NCBI RefSeq assembly: GCF_000025925.1
Contig: NC_014033.1
Location: 240,001-272,000, forward strand
DNA: 32,000 nt
From: Xylanibacter ruminicola 23
Lineage (GTDB): Bacteria > Bacteroidota > Bacteroidia > Bacteroidales > Bacteroidaceae
Reading direction: 5' to 3'
Shown here: positions 31,886 to 32,000 of the stretch, one piece after another
Layout: each line of letters begins with the position of its first letter
How positions within the stretch are numbered: the first letter of the stretch is position 1
The notes under the pieces: generated by a model
Databases searched by the model: none
Seen by the model: only the letters and a program-made list of their open reading frames with translations
What the model was told of the DNA's origin: nothing
Program-made: the position numbers and the translations under genes

Positions 31886-32000
31886 ATGAGTACATTTACA
31901 AGTATGACTGACCAGGAATTGGTTCAGGCTTACCTAGATGGTAATAACCATGCATTCGACGAGTTACTCTCACGCACCCAGGACAATATCTTCAGCTACA
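31886..32000 (+). CDS. sigma-70 family (ECF-type) sigma factor, N-terminal 38 codons only
   Basis: MTDQELVQAYLDGNNHAFDELLSRTQDNIFSY resembles the start of region 2. A -7 box TATTTTTG lies at 31804-31811. The gene runs off the window. Confidence 0.5.
   Translation, partial: MSTFTSMTDQELVQAYLDGNNHAFDELLSRTQDNIFSY

Overview
The window looks like a Bacteroidales (Prevotella-like) chromosome segment. The TAnnTTTG -7 promoter box recurs before most genes, secreted proteins have signal peptides ending in A-Q, and the zapA-rny and recF-DUF721 arrangements are typical of the order. Housekeeping and envelope genes fill 1-12.4 kb: MTHFS, DUF721, recF, TPR protein, ribH, a kinase-like sensor, a hemerythrin/LuxR regulator, a RidA-fold protein, an AsmA-like protein and an OmpA-led secreted operon. 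More of the same fill 22.3-32 kb: two histidine-phosphatase paralogs, a HAD hydrolase, rny, zapA, rfbA, a sugar kinase-nucleotidyltransferase fusion and a sigma factor. Between them, at about 12.43-22.32 kb, lies an accessory cassette. It holds an HU-like DNA-binding protein plus a 33-aa mini-ORF absent from the ORF track, an AAA+/DUF4143 ATPase, two overlapping orphan ORFs (358 and 281 aa), five small orphan ORFs, a VirE-N/P-loop primase-helicase-like protein and an M15 peptidase. No integrase, tRNA or CRISPR array is visible. The cassette is unusually rich in non-coding structure. This includes a perfect 52-bp A/T-only palindrome flanked by opposed CTAAC/GTTAG repeats, CTAAC direct repeats bracketing about 8.3 kb, and CATTAAA heptamer arrays directly before start codons. 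It also includes twin 7-N3-7 operator-like palindromes over the ATPase promoter, four GTCGGAC repeats and four tandem 12-mers. My best candidate for an undescribed system is the ATPase plus orphan-pair module at 13.7-17.2 kb with its own control region and terminator. Its function cannot be derived from sequence alone. Other points worth a second look are a catalytically dead phosphatase paralog, a degenerate histidine kinase, a hemerythrin-LuxR one-component regulator and a GHMP-kinase/GalU-type fusion.
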